Below are positions 38,718-53,571 of a stretch of DNA of 64,000 bases, in pieces. Every line of letters starts with the position of its first letter. The stretch's first letter is position 1. The translations under genes were made by a program, and so were the position numbers. The notes under the pieces are model-generated. The model was not told the DNA's origin. It saw nothing but the letters and a program-made list of their open reading frames with translations, and searched no databases. The stretch comes from Eledone cirrhosa (Eukaryota): contig OZ024749.1 of NCBI GenBank assembly GCA_964016885.1, positions 42,160,001 through 42,224,000 of the forward strand. Reading direction: 5' to 3'.

Positions 38718-41321
38718 CAGCTGACACCTAAGTAGATTTAGTTGGTCTCTTCTAAGATTACATTTTATAGGAGGTTCCTCAGGCACTTTAATGATATGGG
38801 ACTCAGTCGTATCATGTTACAGCTCACACCTAAGTAAATTTAGCTGGTCTCTCATAGGTTTCTCATGTGTTTTAATAAGGGGCCCAGTCCTACCATGTTG
38901 GTGTTATACCAGACCAATTTCCCTACAAATCTTATCCTTATCTTCTGACAAATAATCTTATCCTTATCTTCTGACATATTTTAGGACATTTTTATAGACA
39001 ATTTTCCATATCTGAAGGTGTACGAAACGAAGGGGTAAGAGAGCAGTGACATCCAGTGCTCCTCTTTGTAAATGAGGGGCGGGGTGGAGGGCTCATCGTC
39101 TTAATGCATGCACCCAAAACGTAATTCTCAGGGAGATTCAGCATGACAAGAAGTAAAAACACCAGAAAATATAAGGGACCAAAAATGTCAAATAATTCCA
39201 TTATCTGGCAAGAATATATGAGAGTGAGGACAAGCCCCCCCCCCCCCCCCAAAAAAAAACCCACATACCCCAAACTGGGTATAATGTATTATGTGCCAAT
39301 GTCAAAGATCTGCAGAGTGGGGTGGTGCATATGGAAACTTTTCACAAAGGAGGGGTGGAGAGGAGGAAACGATACAAGGATGTCATGTAAAACTGGTGTG
39401 AAGGTGAGAGAAATGATTTGACAGCAGACTACAATAGGAGTGATTGGGTTGACAGCTGTGATGGTGGTGTGGAATAGGAGTGGTGGTGGTGGTGATGGTG
39501 TGGAATGGTGGTGGTGGTGTGGTGTGGAATGGTGGTGGTGGTAGAATGGTGGCAATGGTAATAGTAGTAGTAGAATGGTCGTAGTGGTGGTGGTAAAGGA
39601 AGAGAAAGTGATGAGTTTGGTGGTGGTGGTGGTGGTGGCTGCAATAATTGATTGGGGGTGGTGGTGGTGGTGGTAGTAGTGGTAGTGGTAGTGGTGTCTT
39701 TTGTTGAGATCATTTAACCCAAAGTAAACCCCTATTAAATAGATCGATGATCAACAGTCTCAGAAAGCTGTCTTTGTCCCTGACAACAGTCTAAGAAACC
39801 TCCCTTTATCCCTTACAACAGTCTCAGAAAGCTGTCTTTAAACCTGTCTCAGAAGCCATGAAAAGTGTCACCAGCACTACCCTTCATTCTCTGATTAAAA
39901 AGTTAAAAAAACAATTTTAATTTTTAAACGGCTGAGTATTCCACAGACATATATTATTGACTTATAATTTCCTAAGTCATATATGCTTGAAAAAGTGTGT
40001 GACAAGGTTGTACCTATGAATGAGCTATCATGCAGTTTCCATCTACCTAATTTTATCCACAAGACTTTGGTACATTTAATCATGACACCAACACTGGAAA
40101 GCATTTCAACATTGTGAAAGTATGTGGCTTAGTGGTTAGAGAATTGAATTCACAATCATGAGTTTGCAAATTCGATTCCCAGGAGTTGTAACCAGTAGAT
40201 AGTATCAGCAATGGAAAGACCAATGGAAACATAGTTTCTTTGATCCAATTTGACAAGCTCCACCCTATTCAGTAAGCAAATGAAATCTGGGATCTTGTCA
40301 GTCATTTTGAAAAAAAAAAATTATGATGATGAAAGCTGATGTTTTGGGAATATAACAAAAGTTCTTACATAAAAGTTATGATGGAATGTTTTTAGATAAA
40401 TATAAACACTTTAAAACAGGAAGCCTTTAACCCTTTACCATTTATACTACTCTTATATTTACTATTATAGTTTCGTGTTAAAGGCTTTACTTCACATAAT
40501 ATCAAATCTATGAGAGTTTTGATATTTATTTTAAGAATACCTTAACATCAGTATGAGTGGCCAATTATGGCCAGTTTGAACAGAAAGAGGTGAGAGAGTT
40601 CTGACCAGGTATGGCTAAAAGGTTAAAATAAATGCTAAAAGGTTAAAATAGGAAGCCTTCAAAAATATGGATGGTTTTGTTTCATGAAACTAGTCAGTTT
40701 TGACTAGGTTATTATCAAAATGGTTAAAGTAAACAAGCTTTGTATTATAGAACCAGGAGAGGTTTCTGGCAATTTTTACACCAAAAGGGTTACATGACTT
40801 GACAATTATTTATATTTTTTTTACCTCTAAAACCTTTTTAAGACCAATTAAGTTTGGCATTGCCTTAACATTGGGTAATCTGGTGAGATAATGAGATAGG
40901 ATGTTGACAACACTAACTGATAGCCGCTTAATTAGGACATGATAAACAAGGTGTTTTAATCATTATCACAATTACTTACACTTCAAAATTACTTCTTTTT
41001 CCTTCTCCTCCTCCCTATCTGTTTTCTGCTCTCTTTACTTTACTTTCGTTTAGCTCTTCTCCATTATAACACTTCCTTTTCCCCCACCCTTTCTCTTTCT
41101 CTCTCTACAGTTTTTATTCAATCCTTAGTCATCACCTCAACTGTCTGTCTGTCTATCTATCAGTTCCTAACCAAATCTCATTACTCAAGGTGTACAGAGT
41201 ATTTTCAAGTCTCTTTTTTTGCCTCTCACTCTCTCTCTCTCTCTCACCCTACTCCTTGCTATCTCTAGCTCTCCCTCTCCAATTCTCACATTACCTCAAA
41301 GGTGTAGAAAATATTCTCAAT

Positions 41322-41374
<53 letters not shown>

Positions 41375-41799
41375 TCAACAGCATTCTAATAAATATTGCC
41401 TGTACAAGTAATGAAAGTGTATATACATTTTTTTTTTGGTGGGGGGGGACACTGTGTGTGTGTATAGAGAGAGAGAGAGAGTTCCTCTCCAAATCTCACA
41501 TTACCTCAAAGGTGTAGAGAATATTCTCAGCTCTTTTGTTTCCCAACACCAAACATTGTCGCTGTTCCATTTTCTACTGACATCACTTCCTCTAAAGCTT
41601 GCCTAGCTACAACTAAATTTTCTATCTATCAAAATCTTCAAATCATCATCATCATCATCATCATCCCTATCATTGTTTCACCTCCATTTTTCAATGCTGG
41701 CATGGGTTGGATGGGTTCTCATCGTTTGAGAGGACCACTTCACGCTCATGTTTAATTTTTAGCATGGGGCTACTATAACTGGACGCCCTTCCTAATGCC

Positions 41800-42112
41800 A
41801 ACTACCTTACAGTGTGTACTGGGTGTGTTTTCTCATGGCACCAGCACTACCACTTTACAGTGTGTACTAGGTGCATTTTATCATGGGACCAGCACTACCA
41901 CTTTACAGTGTGTACTGGGTGTGTTTTCTCATGGCACCAGCACTACCACTTTACAGTGTGTACTAGGTGCATTTTATCATGGGACCAGCACTACCACTTT
42001 ACAGTGTGTACTGGGTGTGTTTTCTCATGGCATCAGCACTACCACTTTACAGTGTGTACTAGGTGCATTTTATCATGGGACCAGCACTAACACTTTACAG
42101 AGTGTACTGTGT
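41800..42112. repeat. 48-bp minisatellite organised as a 96-bp A/B dimer x3
   Basis: Alternating GGGTGTGTTTTCTCATGGCA and AGGTGCATTTTATCATGGGA variants. Confidence 0.9.
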
Positions 42113-43499
42113 GTGTTTGATAATCATACACAGGTATATATGGTATCTCAGCATTTTAACTATGCTCAGTACATTATTTCTCTGGTCAGAGTGGATGTTT
42201 GGATAAATCTCGAGTAAAATGGAAGATGAAAATTACAAATACATATAATGGGTTCATAGAAAAGTGTGCAGCTTATACACAAGTCCATTCAGTATTTCAG
42301 TTCTTACCATCCTGTAATAATTTAGCAGAAAATATCCCAACACCCAGTCCACTCTGTAAGATAGTCATGCTGGTTCCACAACAAAAAAAAGCACCCAATC
42401 CATCTTGTAAGGTAGTTAGTTGTACAGATGCCACAACAAAAAGAATCACCCAGTTCACCCCATAAGGTGGTTGTGCTGGTGCCACAACAAAAAACCTTCA
42501 GTCCACTTTGTAAGGTGGTAATGCTGTGCCACAAAATGCCCCCCCCCCCCCCCCCCCTCCCCCCAAGTACATACTGTAATGTGGTTGGCACTAGGAAAGG
42601 CATCCAACCATATAAACCTAAACCGGATCATATGAGCAAGATGTGGTCACCTGACTTGTTTGGCTTCATAATGTGACAGCCTGTCTAATCCATGCAAACA
42701 TGGAAAATAGATATTAAATGGTGATGATGATGAGAGTAAATGTAATGTAGTCATAGTATATCTTGCTAATGTCGTTTCCTGTGGTATAGGACATTAAGAG
42801 TTAATGATTCTGGGTATTTCAGTTCACTTATTAGGGGTGGATGTTTGGATAAATTAGAGTTTAAAAAGGTATATATAAAAAAAAAATAACCACAAAGTGT
42901 TTGCAGAAAAATAAGGTGCAACTTACAGGTATTTTAATGATGCTGGAGCCATCAGTTCGGTGGTTAGGGGTGGGTGTTTGAACAAAGTAGAGGCAGGGAA
43001 TAGAATGCATGATAAAATAAATTTAAAAAACTAAGTGTTTGTAGAAAAAAGGTGCAATGTATGCACATGTATATATGATATCTAAGCATTTTAATGAGGT
43101 TGGGTACACTAGTTTGTTAATAAAGGTGGATGTTGGAATAAATTAGAGATTGGTAGAATGTTCGATAGATATTTATGTAAAAAAAAAATAAACCTATACA
43201 CATATATAAATAGAGTGGAAATGTATTTAGCTCCAATTTTCCAAGATAATAAAGATTACACACCACTAATATTATAAAGATAGCAGACTTGACAAAATCT
43301 TTCTCTTGTTTAGGAAACACCTTATGGACAATGTGTTCTGGAAAGGCTTAAAGCATTAAAATAAAGTCTTTTATTATTATATATTTTCTTTCTGTATTGT
43401 TCAGCAATAAACCTAAATCATGAGTCAACAAAGAAAGAACATAATGATTATTAGTATTATTATTGTACCTGTTGACCTGTGCTGTCAATAATATTCCCT

Positions 43500-43628
43500 G
43501 ATTTAGGCTCAAGGCCAACAATTTTGGTCGGAGGGGAAAGTCGATTAAATCGACCCCAGTACTTACCGGTACTTAATTTTATCGACTCCCGTAAGGACGA
43601 AAGGCAAAGTTAACCTTGGCGGGATTTG
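43500..43628 (-). mobile_element. SINE 3' half (long subfamily)
   Basis: Matches the SINE core and long tail. Confidence 0.75.
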
Positions 43629-43849
43629 TGCTGTCAATAATGATGGAAATAGTGTCAAATATATTTTAATTTTGGGAGTGCAGAATTGGTATGCCATATA
43701 AACCAGGATTACCAGATATACGAACGATCATACAAACAAGGAAATTTGTGTTTTGATAAATTGATGGTTTACATAAGAATAACCCTATAGTTTATGTTGA
43801 TTACTGGCATACGGAAGTGATTAAAGATAGGCACAATATGTTTGATCTC

Positions 43850-44386
43850 GCATTCATTGACGTTATTTCACCAGAAAACAAACAAGCTGCTACCTGCAAC
43901 CTCAGATATTCAAGACATATTGGAGGGTCCTTGCTGTTCTCAGTAGGCATGTCTTTTGAAATGTTCCAAAAAATAGGACTAGGCTAATATTCTTTAGCCA
44001 GCCTTGAAAACTCTTCGATAGTACCTAGTGCTCCTTTGACAATCAGAATGACCTTGATCTCATGACAGATCCAAATCCTTTTTGGTTCCCACTTTAGATC
44101 CTGGTACCGGTTAATTTTCTCCTTTTCCTTTTCTTGCATTCTTGTGTCAAAGGGTTAAGCTACATCTATAATCAAGGAAGGTATTTTTTCCGTGTTAACA
44201 ACCACCAGGTCAGGCCTATTGTGTTCTAATTCTTTGTCTGTATCCTGAAATCTCCCACCAACTTCACCCGATCCTTTTCTATCATTTACTCTGCTTTATG
44301 CACATACCACTTCTCAGAGTGGGGTGAATTATTCAGTTTGCATAAATGCCAATGGATCACTTTTCCTATGATATCATGCCTCCGTA
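43850..44386 (-). mobile_element. Decayed R4/Dong-like non-LTR retrotransposon 3' end (restriction-like endonuclease domain)
   Basis: Translates to RRHDIIGKVIHWHLCK...TDKELEHNRPDLVVVN..LIIDVA*PFDTRMQEKEKEKINRYQDLKWE..VKGALGTI, with RHD and PD-(D/E)xK motifs; contains stops and frameshifts. Confidence 0.85.
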
Positions 44387-44400
44387 TTATTATTATTATT

Positions 44401-44563
44401 GAGGGTCGGACGCCATGCTTTGCAGCAAAGAGTTACGGCCCTTTATGGTCTGAGTTCAAATCCCGCCGAGGTTAACTTTGCCTTTCATCCTTACTGGGTC
44501 GATAAAATAAAGTACCAGTAATGCACTGGGTAATTGCTGGCCTTGTGCCAAAAGTAGAAACAA
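44401..44563 (+). mobile_element. tRNA-derived SINE inside an (ATT)n tract
   Basis: Near-consensus copy with ATT repeats on both sides. Confidence 0.85.
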
Positions 44564-44869
44564 TCATTATTATTATTATTAATCTCAATAATCAACTCTT
44601 GGTCTGTTCATATTGGAAAATAAAAAAAAATATATTCAAGTCAGTCATAACAAGAAAATTATTGCAAAATATAAAGATAACCACAAATCACGTAAATTTA
44701 AAGATCATTGTATATGTGTGTGAGAGAAAGAGTGTGTGTGTTTGTGTGCTTGCTTGTGTGCATGGGGAGAGGGAAGTGCATATATGCAAATGTGTGCATG
44801 TTTGTATATGCATCTGTGCATGCATATTTGTCTGAGTATGTTTGTATACGACCATGCATGTTTGTGCGT

Positions 44870-45337
44870 GTGTATATATGAACATGCACATGTGTGTATA
44901 TGAACATGCACGTTTGTGTATATGAACATGCACGTTTGTGTATATGAACATGTACATGTGTATATGAACATGCATGTTTGTTTGTATATGAACATGCACA
45001 TTTGTGTGTATATGAACATGCACATTTGTGTGTATATGAACATGCATGTTTGTGTGTATATGAACATGCACGTTTGTGTGTATATGAACATGCACATTTG
45101 TGTGTATATGAACATGCACGTTTGTGTGTATATGAACATGCATGTTTGTGTGTATATGAACATGCACGTTTGTGTATATGAACATGCACGTGTGTATATG
45201 AACATGCATGTTTGTGTGTATATGAACATGCACATTTGTGTGTATATGAACATGCACATTTGTGTGTATATGAACATGTACATTTGTGTGTATATGAACA
45301 TGCACGTTTGTGTGTATATGAACATGCACGTTTGTGT
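44870..45337. repeat. ~24-bp minisatellite, about 20 copies
   Basis: TGTGTGTATATGAACATGCACATT and variants. Confidence 0.95.
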
Positions 45338-47056
45338 GAGTGTGTGTGTGTGTGCATTTGGTTGTCAGCAGATTAAAGAGAACATGAAATATTTGAGAAT
45401 CGATACTGCCAAATAATGATAAGAGTTGTTATGTTACAAAGTTTGATATCCCAAATTTTGAAGAGAGCTCCTTTTGGAAAGCTAAAGATCTCAGGCTCCA
45501 GATAGAGAGCTAAAGAGCCAAAGTTAGAATGCCCTAGATAGAGGGCTGAAGAGCTAGAGTTCCAGCTAGAGAGTCAGAAAGCTCTATTCCTATTAGAGAA
45601 CTCTGACACAATAGATATTGAGTAACTAGAGTTGAACTTTCAATTAGGATTTGGTAAATAAGCAAGAGTGGGCAAGAAAGAAATAGGATATGCAATAAAA
45701 TAAAAGGAAAGAATGACAGATCATTTATATACATATTTAGTGTGTGTGTGTCATTCATCATTTCATTTCATTTTACGTCCGCTTTTTCCCTGCTTGCAAG
45801 GGTGGGACAGGAACTGATTCTGGCTTGATTTCTACAGCTGGATGCCATTCCTAACACCAACCTCATTTACAGTGAGTGCTGGGTGCTTTTTTCCGTGGCA
45901 CCTCCACGTCCACTTTACATCATCTCATTTCCACAGCTGAGTAAACTGGAGCAATGTGAAATAAAGTGTCTTGCTCAAGGAAACAACACATTACCCGGTC
46001 TGAGAATTGAACTCACAACCTTTCGATTGCAAGGCCAATGCTCTAACCACTAAGCCATGTGCCTCCATTGTGTATATATATATCATCATCATCATCATCA
46101 TTTAACGCCCATCTTCCATGCTTTCATGGGTTTGGACGAGAGGTTTGCCACTTGAGGCAAGATTGGTTGTCCTGCTCATATAGGACTGTCTGGCAGGTTT
46201 TCTACGGCTGGATGCCCTTCCTAACACCAACCACGTTTACAGTGTGGACTGGGAGGTTTTTACCGTGTTACCTACACGGCCACATTACAGCGTGGACTGT
46301 GTGGTTTTTTTTGTCGTGACACCTACACGACCTCATTTGTTTCGGACTGGATGTTGTGGTACCAACATAACTTCACATTTAAGGGAGTGGTGTGGATGGG
46401 GTGGGGGTAGTGGGACGGGGGGTGTATTTTGTTAGAGGTGCCTACTGACTGTAGGTTTCGCTTTGTACTTATGCAAGGCGGGTCTTCTGTGTAACTATAT
46501 ATATATATATATATAATATAAATAATAAATATATATATACATATTTATACACACACATATATATATATACACATATATATAAAATAGAAACACACATCCC
46601 CCTTTATGACAAATAAATCCACCTACTTCACCCATCAACCACCATCCAAAACCCTCACTCCCGCCCTTCCTTTCGGAAGGAAAAAGAAAGAATAGCAAAA
46701 ACAATAACCACCACCATCATCATCATAAAAAAAAATTGGATTCCTTTACTTGAACAAAGGACATGTTAATACCTCCTAGTTCATCACAAGATGGAATAGG
46801 CACCATTAATTTGCTTGTATTATTCCTAAGAATATATATGAATATATATCCCTTCCCTTTTTTGTCTTTGGTTGTTTGGTTGTTTTTTTTTTTAAATAAC
46901 AATAATCTTAGAATGGGACACAAACAAGAAGTAAGAAATCAAAGAAAGAAAGAAGAAAGACATTTTTATCTCATCTTTCATTTTCATTCTTCCAATATCT
47001 ATAAATTCTTTTGTTCCGTAATCTTTCTTATGAAACAGATTTTGGTAACTGTCTGG

Positions 47057-47125
<69 letters not shown>

Positions 47126-47813
47126 AAGCAAGCATAGAAAATAGACATTAAATGGTTATTATGATATATATATATATAATGTACATACGTGTATATATGT
47201 GTATGCATAGTTATGTCAAACATTTATAGATATGTGTGTGTGCACATATGTATATATGAGTATGTATAGCTATGTCAAACACACACACACAGATATATAT
47301 ATATATATATATATATACATACACATACATACATACACATATGTACAAGGCCATCTACATTGCTGTAGTGAGAGCAGAGAGGAAGAACCTATCTAACTTT
47401 GATCTTTATCTCCATCATCAGTAACTATTCAGAGTACAGGTATGGGAGATTTGAACACACACAAATACACACATTAATAGACATACATACATATGCACAT
47501 ACACACATGAATACACATACATACACACTAAATGCATACAATCACACACACACACAAATTAGTCTCAGGTTGCACCTATAAGCAGGACAACTCCAGTGTC
47601 CCAGATTACCAAGCTGTAGAAATAGGTACCCAGTCTCCTGAGAGTGGTGTTGGTGTGTTCTATTCTAGGAATTCAATTCTTATCATGCACTTTAAGAACC
47701 AACTTTATATATATTACATTATATTATATGTTATTCAGCACATAATATAATGGAGAGATAATCTTTTACCAGAATACTTCAATTAATTCTTCTCGGAAAT
47801 CTAAAAGGAGCTG

Positions 47814-48171
47814 AATATATATATATATATATAATATATATATATATATAATATATATAATATATATATAATATATATAATATATATATATAATATATAT
47901 AATATATATAATATATATAATATATATATAATATATATAATATATATAATATATATATATATATAATATATATAATATATATATAATATATATATATATA
48001 TAAATATAATATATATATAATATATATATATATAATATATATATAATATATATATATATAATATATATATATAATATATATATATAATATATATAATATA
48101 TATATAATATATATATAATATATATATAATATATATATAATATATATATAATATATATATAATATATATAT

Positions 48172-48204
<33 letters not shown>

Positions 48205-48278
48205 ATATATATATATATATAAATATAATATATATATAATATATATATATATAATATATATATAATATATATATATAT
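47814..48278. repeat. 465-bp pure A/T tract ((TA)nA units)
   Basis: No G or C seen across the interval. Confidence 0.95.
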
Positions 48279-48697
48279 GTGTATATTGCCATCTTCAACA
48301 TCATCATTTTATGTTCATTTTTTTTTTCCCAGGCTAGTATAGGTTGAACAGGTTTTTACAGACCCCCCCCCCTCCCTCCAGTCAGTATTTAGTTGGAATT
48401 ACTGGCATCCTAGATAGGTTGGGGTCTATAGTTTGTTGAGGGCCATGTAAACCATGTATAGTTATGCAATTAGCAAGGTAAGAATTGCTCGACAGATTTT
48501 TACGGCCAAAACCATCCGCCAAGAGATCCAGGGGTAGACACTGAGCAAGATGGTTGGATAACATCCAGGAGTTTGTCTGATCATGCTTGGGGATCCAGCC
48601 GGATCAGTTGGAGATGGTTGCTTCTGACAGGACCCGCTGGAAGGAGTGTTTGCCCCCACGATCCTCTCAGGAGTAAGTAGGCGAAGTAGAAGAACCA

Positions 48698-49040
48698 GAG
48701 TTTACAATGAACACAGTAGTAAATCTAGTGTGCAGGTAAGGGTCAACCAGGGTTCCATCTTCAGCCTACTGCTGTTACTCATTGTTCTCCAGGTCATCAT
48801 AATAGAGGAGTTCTAAGACCAACTGGTGACCTAGTTCTTATAGCTAAATCTCTAGTAGAATTAGTGAAGAAATTCCAAACATGAAAGCCAAACCTGGAAA
48901 TGAAAGGCCTCAAGGTAAACATAGCAACATCTAAAGATCTAGTAAGTAGGAAAGAAGGCAGATTCCTGATACCACCAGAGAAGCAATAGTGAGAAATTCT
49001 AGACTATGTTCCCATTATGGACACTCAAGAGATCTAGCTG
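48698..49040 (+). mobile_element. Decayed RTE-like LINE reverse transcriptase fragment
   Basis: VQVRVNQGSIFSLLLLLIVLQ ... GDLVLIAKSLVELVKKFQT*KPNLEMKGLKVNIATSK, remnants of the QG..LSP and YADD motifs. Confidence 0.75.
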
Positions 49041-49309
49041 GGCCATGGGTGGGTTCACAAATATATACATTCTGTGAAGCAAATGCTACAACAACTTGTC
49101 CTTTCCATAGGTTCTAAGGTGAAGGTACATAGCCTAGTAGTTAGGATCTTGGGTTCAATTCCTGGACTGGACTATGTAAGCATATTCTTGATATCTCATA
49201 CCATACATATATATATATATATAGATATAGATATATAAATGTGGATGTCTCATCATAGTCTTGACAGCTCAAACCACATACACACACACATGCTGGTGAC
49301 ATGCCAAAT

Positions 49310-49500
49310 AAGCACCCAGTCCATCCTGCAAGGTGGTGATGCTTGTCATATGACAAGCACCCAGTCCACCCTGCAAGGTGGTGATGCTTGTCATATGACA
49401 AACACCCAGCCCACCCTGTAAGGTGGTCATGATTATGACAAGACAGGGGGGCATCCAGTCGACCCTGTAAAGTGGTCGTTTATGGTGCCATGATAGAAAG
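49310..49500. repeat. 44-bp tandem repeat, 3-4 copies, related to the internal repeat of the (ATG)n-tailed retroposon
   Basis: AAGCACCCAGTCCACCCTGCAAGGTGGTGATGCTTGTCATATGAC-like units. Confidence 0.8.
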
Positions 49501-49910
49501 CACTCAGTTCACACAGCGTGGCCTGGTGTAGTCTGGTGTGACACAGTGTGGTGTTGTGTGGTGGAGGTGGTTTGATACAACAGACCCGTGGTGAAATGTG
49601 GTGTGGTGAAATGTGGTGTGATAGTGTGTGGAGTAGTACGACAGACCCATGATGTAATGTGGTGTGGTTGGGAGTGAGCAGCTAGAACGGTGTGATACTG
49701 TGATACAGTACAATTAGTACAGTTGACCCAGCCAGCCCAGTATGGTGTAACATCATGTCATGTTTGGAACAACTGTTACACAAGAGCAGAGCAAAGAGAG
49801 GAAGGAAGGATGGAAAGAGGGAAGTGTCCGAGGCAGAAGGCAATGCTTCCCTCCGTTCTACAGACGGATTTCTCTGTAAATCATGTAATGGGTCAACAGC
49901 AGATTTTTGA

Positions 49911-49947
<37 letters not shown>

Positions 49948-50170
49948 TATACACATACACTATGTATATATACATATATATATATGCGCGTGTGTGTGCG
50001 TGTGTATACTGTACATTCATGAAGTGGAATGGAAGGTGAAGAAATAATAATTAGAGATGTGATCTAAAGACATGAGTAGGGGTGTGTGTAGAGATGAGTA
50101 AAAGAAAGATTAAGATGATGGCGGTGATGGTTGAGTGGGTGTAATGATGAAGGTAAATCACAATATAGTG

Positions 50171-50206
<36 letters not shown>

Positions 50207-50320
50207 GGCCGGAATAGCAACACAGCGTGAAATAGTCGTCTGTTGCCGTCAAATCTTGGACATTTATTTCTACAGACGACAGGCAATAGTAATGTTTAAT
50301 CACATACATACAGGTATAAG

Positions 50321-50424
<104 letters not shown>

Positions 50425-50843
50425 ATACAGGTATGAGACACACACATACATACAGGTATGAGACACACACAGATACACATACATACACAGAAAGACATAC
50501 ATACAGGTAGGAAACGCATACAGACATACAGGTACAAGACACACACACATATACATACAAGCGTCTTGAGACTATTCAAGGTGTGTGCTGTTAGATGACA
50601 AATAGTGTCTCCACTAATTGTTACCCGACTACAGACAAGAAAGGTATAGAGAGGGGGGATAACAAGAGAGAGAGCGAGAGAGAGAACTAGGCAAAGGAGG
50701 GATAGAGAAAGAAAAGTAGAAAGAGAGCTATAACGAGAAAGATGGGAGAGGAGAAAAGAAAGAAGATGAGCTAGAGAGAAGAGAGGAACAGAGAGAAAGA
50801 AAAAAGTAAGGAGAGAGGGGGGAGAAATACAGAGGCAGACGAT

Positions 50844-50874
<31 letters not shown>

Positions 50875-51300
50875 GGAGACGAGAAGAGAAAGAGAACGAG
50901 AGAGAGAGTGAGAAAGAGAGAAAGAGAGAATAGTAGAAAGAGAGACTAGTAGAAAGAGAGAAAGAGGTAGGAAGAGTTACATCCTCCACATTGCTACTAA
51001 AACCGGCAACCGGTTCTTAAGAAGAACCGAACAAACCATTTTTCCATGCTGCTAACTTCTCTCCGTCTTGACAGAGACAGATAAAAATAGATAAACAAAT
51101 AATTTAATAGATGTATGGAGGGGATGGAAAGTTGGGAGGGAATGAAACCATTACACAACGCCAGCTCATAGTATGTGTGTGTATGTGTACGTGTTCGTCT
51201 CTTTCTGTGTGCGTGTGTGTTCGTCTGTATTATCTATATATATATATATATATATACGAGTGTGCTCATCTACCTATCTGTGTGTGTGTGTGTGTTCATC

Positions 51301-51347
<47 letters not shown>

Positions 51348-51876
51348 ACATATATGTGTGCGGACGTGTTTCTAATGGCTTCTTACATATGTATGATACT
51401 CCGAGATTTTCCACTTCGTTATTTTAGTTTGATTTTTATTGTTGTTGTTCTTGTTTTTATTTGGTTGGTTGGTTGGTTGACGAGATGTGGAATGTGTGAC
51501 GTTCATCGTGTGTTTTAGAAAAACGATTACTAACAACATATATTTAAAAAAAAGTAAAGTGAAATGAAACGACTGCAAACGAAAATGGAAAAGCTAAGAG
51601 TATAGCGAGGAGGTTTCTTTAACAGCTTACCACCACCACACCACCACCATTATTATTGTCAATAAAAATAATAATGATAATAATTACATTATTACTACTA
51701 CTAGTAGTAGTAGTGGTGGTGGTGGTGGAGGTAGTAGTGGTGGTGGTGGTGGTAACGGCGGCGATAGTAGCAGGCAGGGTTTGTTGTTTGGGTCAAATAA
51801 AGAGAGGGTGAGGTGCTATCATCAACCACCGTCGAAATAATGAGAACACTCAGTCATTAAGCTTATAATTAAACGT

Positions 51877-51918
<42 letters not shown>

Positions 51919-52830
51919 ATATATATTCAGTGATCTAACTAACCTCCACGATATTTAGTCAACCATAAAGGAAAGTACTAACTACTACTACTACTACTAT
52001 TACTACAATAACGAACCGACCAGGGAGCCATGACGCGGTTGCTAGATTTGCTAGAAAAAGCCACCAAATTCCCCTCAAATTGCACGTCTTTCGAATTTTG
52101 TTCTCTTAAGAAATTAGAGTAGACATTAGATAATGTAGTCCTAAATATACATAGAAATGGGATTAGTAGTGGGTCTAGAATGGCTTCCTGTACCCTGTTC
52201 AATGATCAGGGTTGACCAGGGGCTAAACAACAACTACTACTACTACTTCTATTACTACTATAATAATAATAAATTGAAACAGAGAGCCTTGCTAGAAAAA
52301 GCAACCAAATCTCCCACGAATTATACCAAAGTAAAAGACATTAAATAATGTAGTCCTAGATAAACATAGAGATGGGATATTTAATAAAGATGTACAACAA
52401 TTTAGTCCTTTCCATCAGGGTTGACCATGGGTTAAACTGCGGAGGACAGATTAGATAATGTAGTCCTAGATATACATAAAATGGAATTGTGGCAGGTTTA
52501 GAATGCCTTTCTTTAAACCTGTTCTTGGTCTGTTCAACCATGACTGACCAAGGGCTAAACAAAGATAACAACCACCACCACAACTACAATTAATGAATTG
52601 AGATAAATGAATGGAGGAATAGTTAAAAAAAAAAAAGATTCTTAAAAATGGTCAAGAATGACTATAAATCCACCCAACTCAGCAAACTGACCACTGATTG
52701 AATTTGACCCAAGCAAAAAAATAATAATAATTGTCATCTGCTTTGCAGATGACAATTTCTACCGCCACCAGAGTCCTTCCACTGACCAAATCAGTTCGTT
52801 GTGGAGGAACAGCAAAGATTATTAATTAAT

Positions 52831-52884
<54 letters not shown>

Positions 52885-53039
52885 TCGCCCGCCGCACGAT
52901 TCTAATTATACATTCCTCTTCGCTCGCCTGCAACCCGTGGTATACAGCCGGATGCTGGCTGACTACCATGGGTTGAGATGTTGTCCCACTACCCCTCCAA
53001 ATATTATAAGACATACTACATACACACATAGACACACAC

Positions 53040-53084
<45 letters not shown>

Positions 53085-53253
53085 AACATACATACAGGCA
53101 AGCACGTACACATATTCACACACACTAATACATACATACACACATAATATAATCTAGACAGTTCCATCCATTTCAAGCATGGCACTAGTGATGTAAAAAT
53201 GTGCCTCCTACCAACGAGTGGTGATGAGATCTTTACAGTCTAGTTGGAACGTG

Positions 53254-53313
<60 letters not shown>

Positions 53314-53518
53314 TGTGTATATATATATGGTGCGTGTATGTGTATATATATATATATGAGATCTGATGCCAATTTTGGGGGCTTTTATTGGCACGGTGGC
53401 GGGAGACTAATAAGAATTAAATCGAAACGGTAGTTCCACTATAATATAAAGGCACAAGAAAACTACACGTTAATATTTCATTCACACTACTTTGTGTGTA
53501 TATGTGTGTGTGTGTGTG

Positions 53519-53571
<53 letters not shown>

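Noticed and set aside
44688-45416. ORFs over 200 aa on both strands
   Set aside because: Stop-free translations of a 24-bp tandem repeat.
45400-45700. Coding-like purine-rich segment (also 12180-12440 and 15380-15640)
   Set aside because: Probably old TE debris, but multiple stops and no motif I can identify.
53357-53440. CTGATGC...CGAAACGGTA between TA tracts as a decayed hammerhead
   Set aside because: The core is mutated, stems I and II do not close convincingly, and there is no downstream UU-bulge hairpin.
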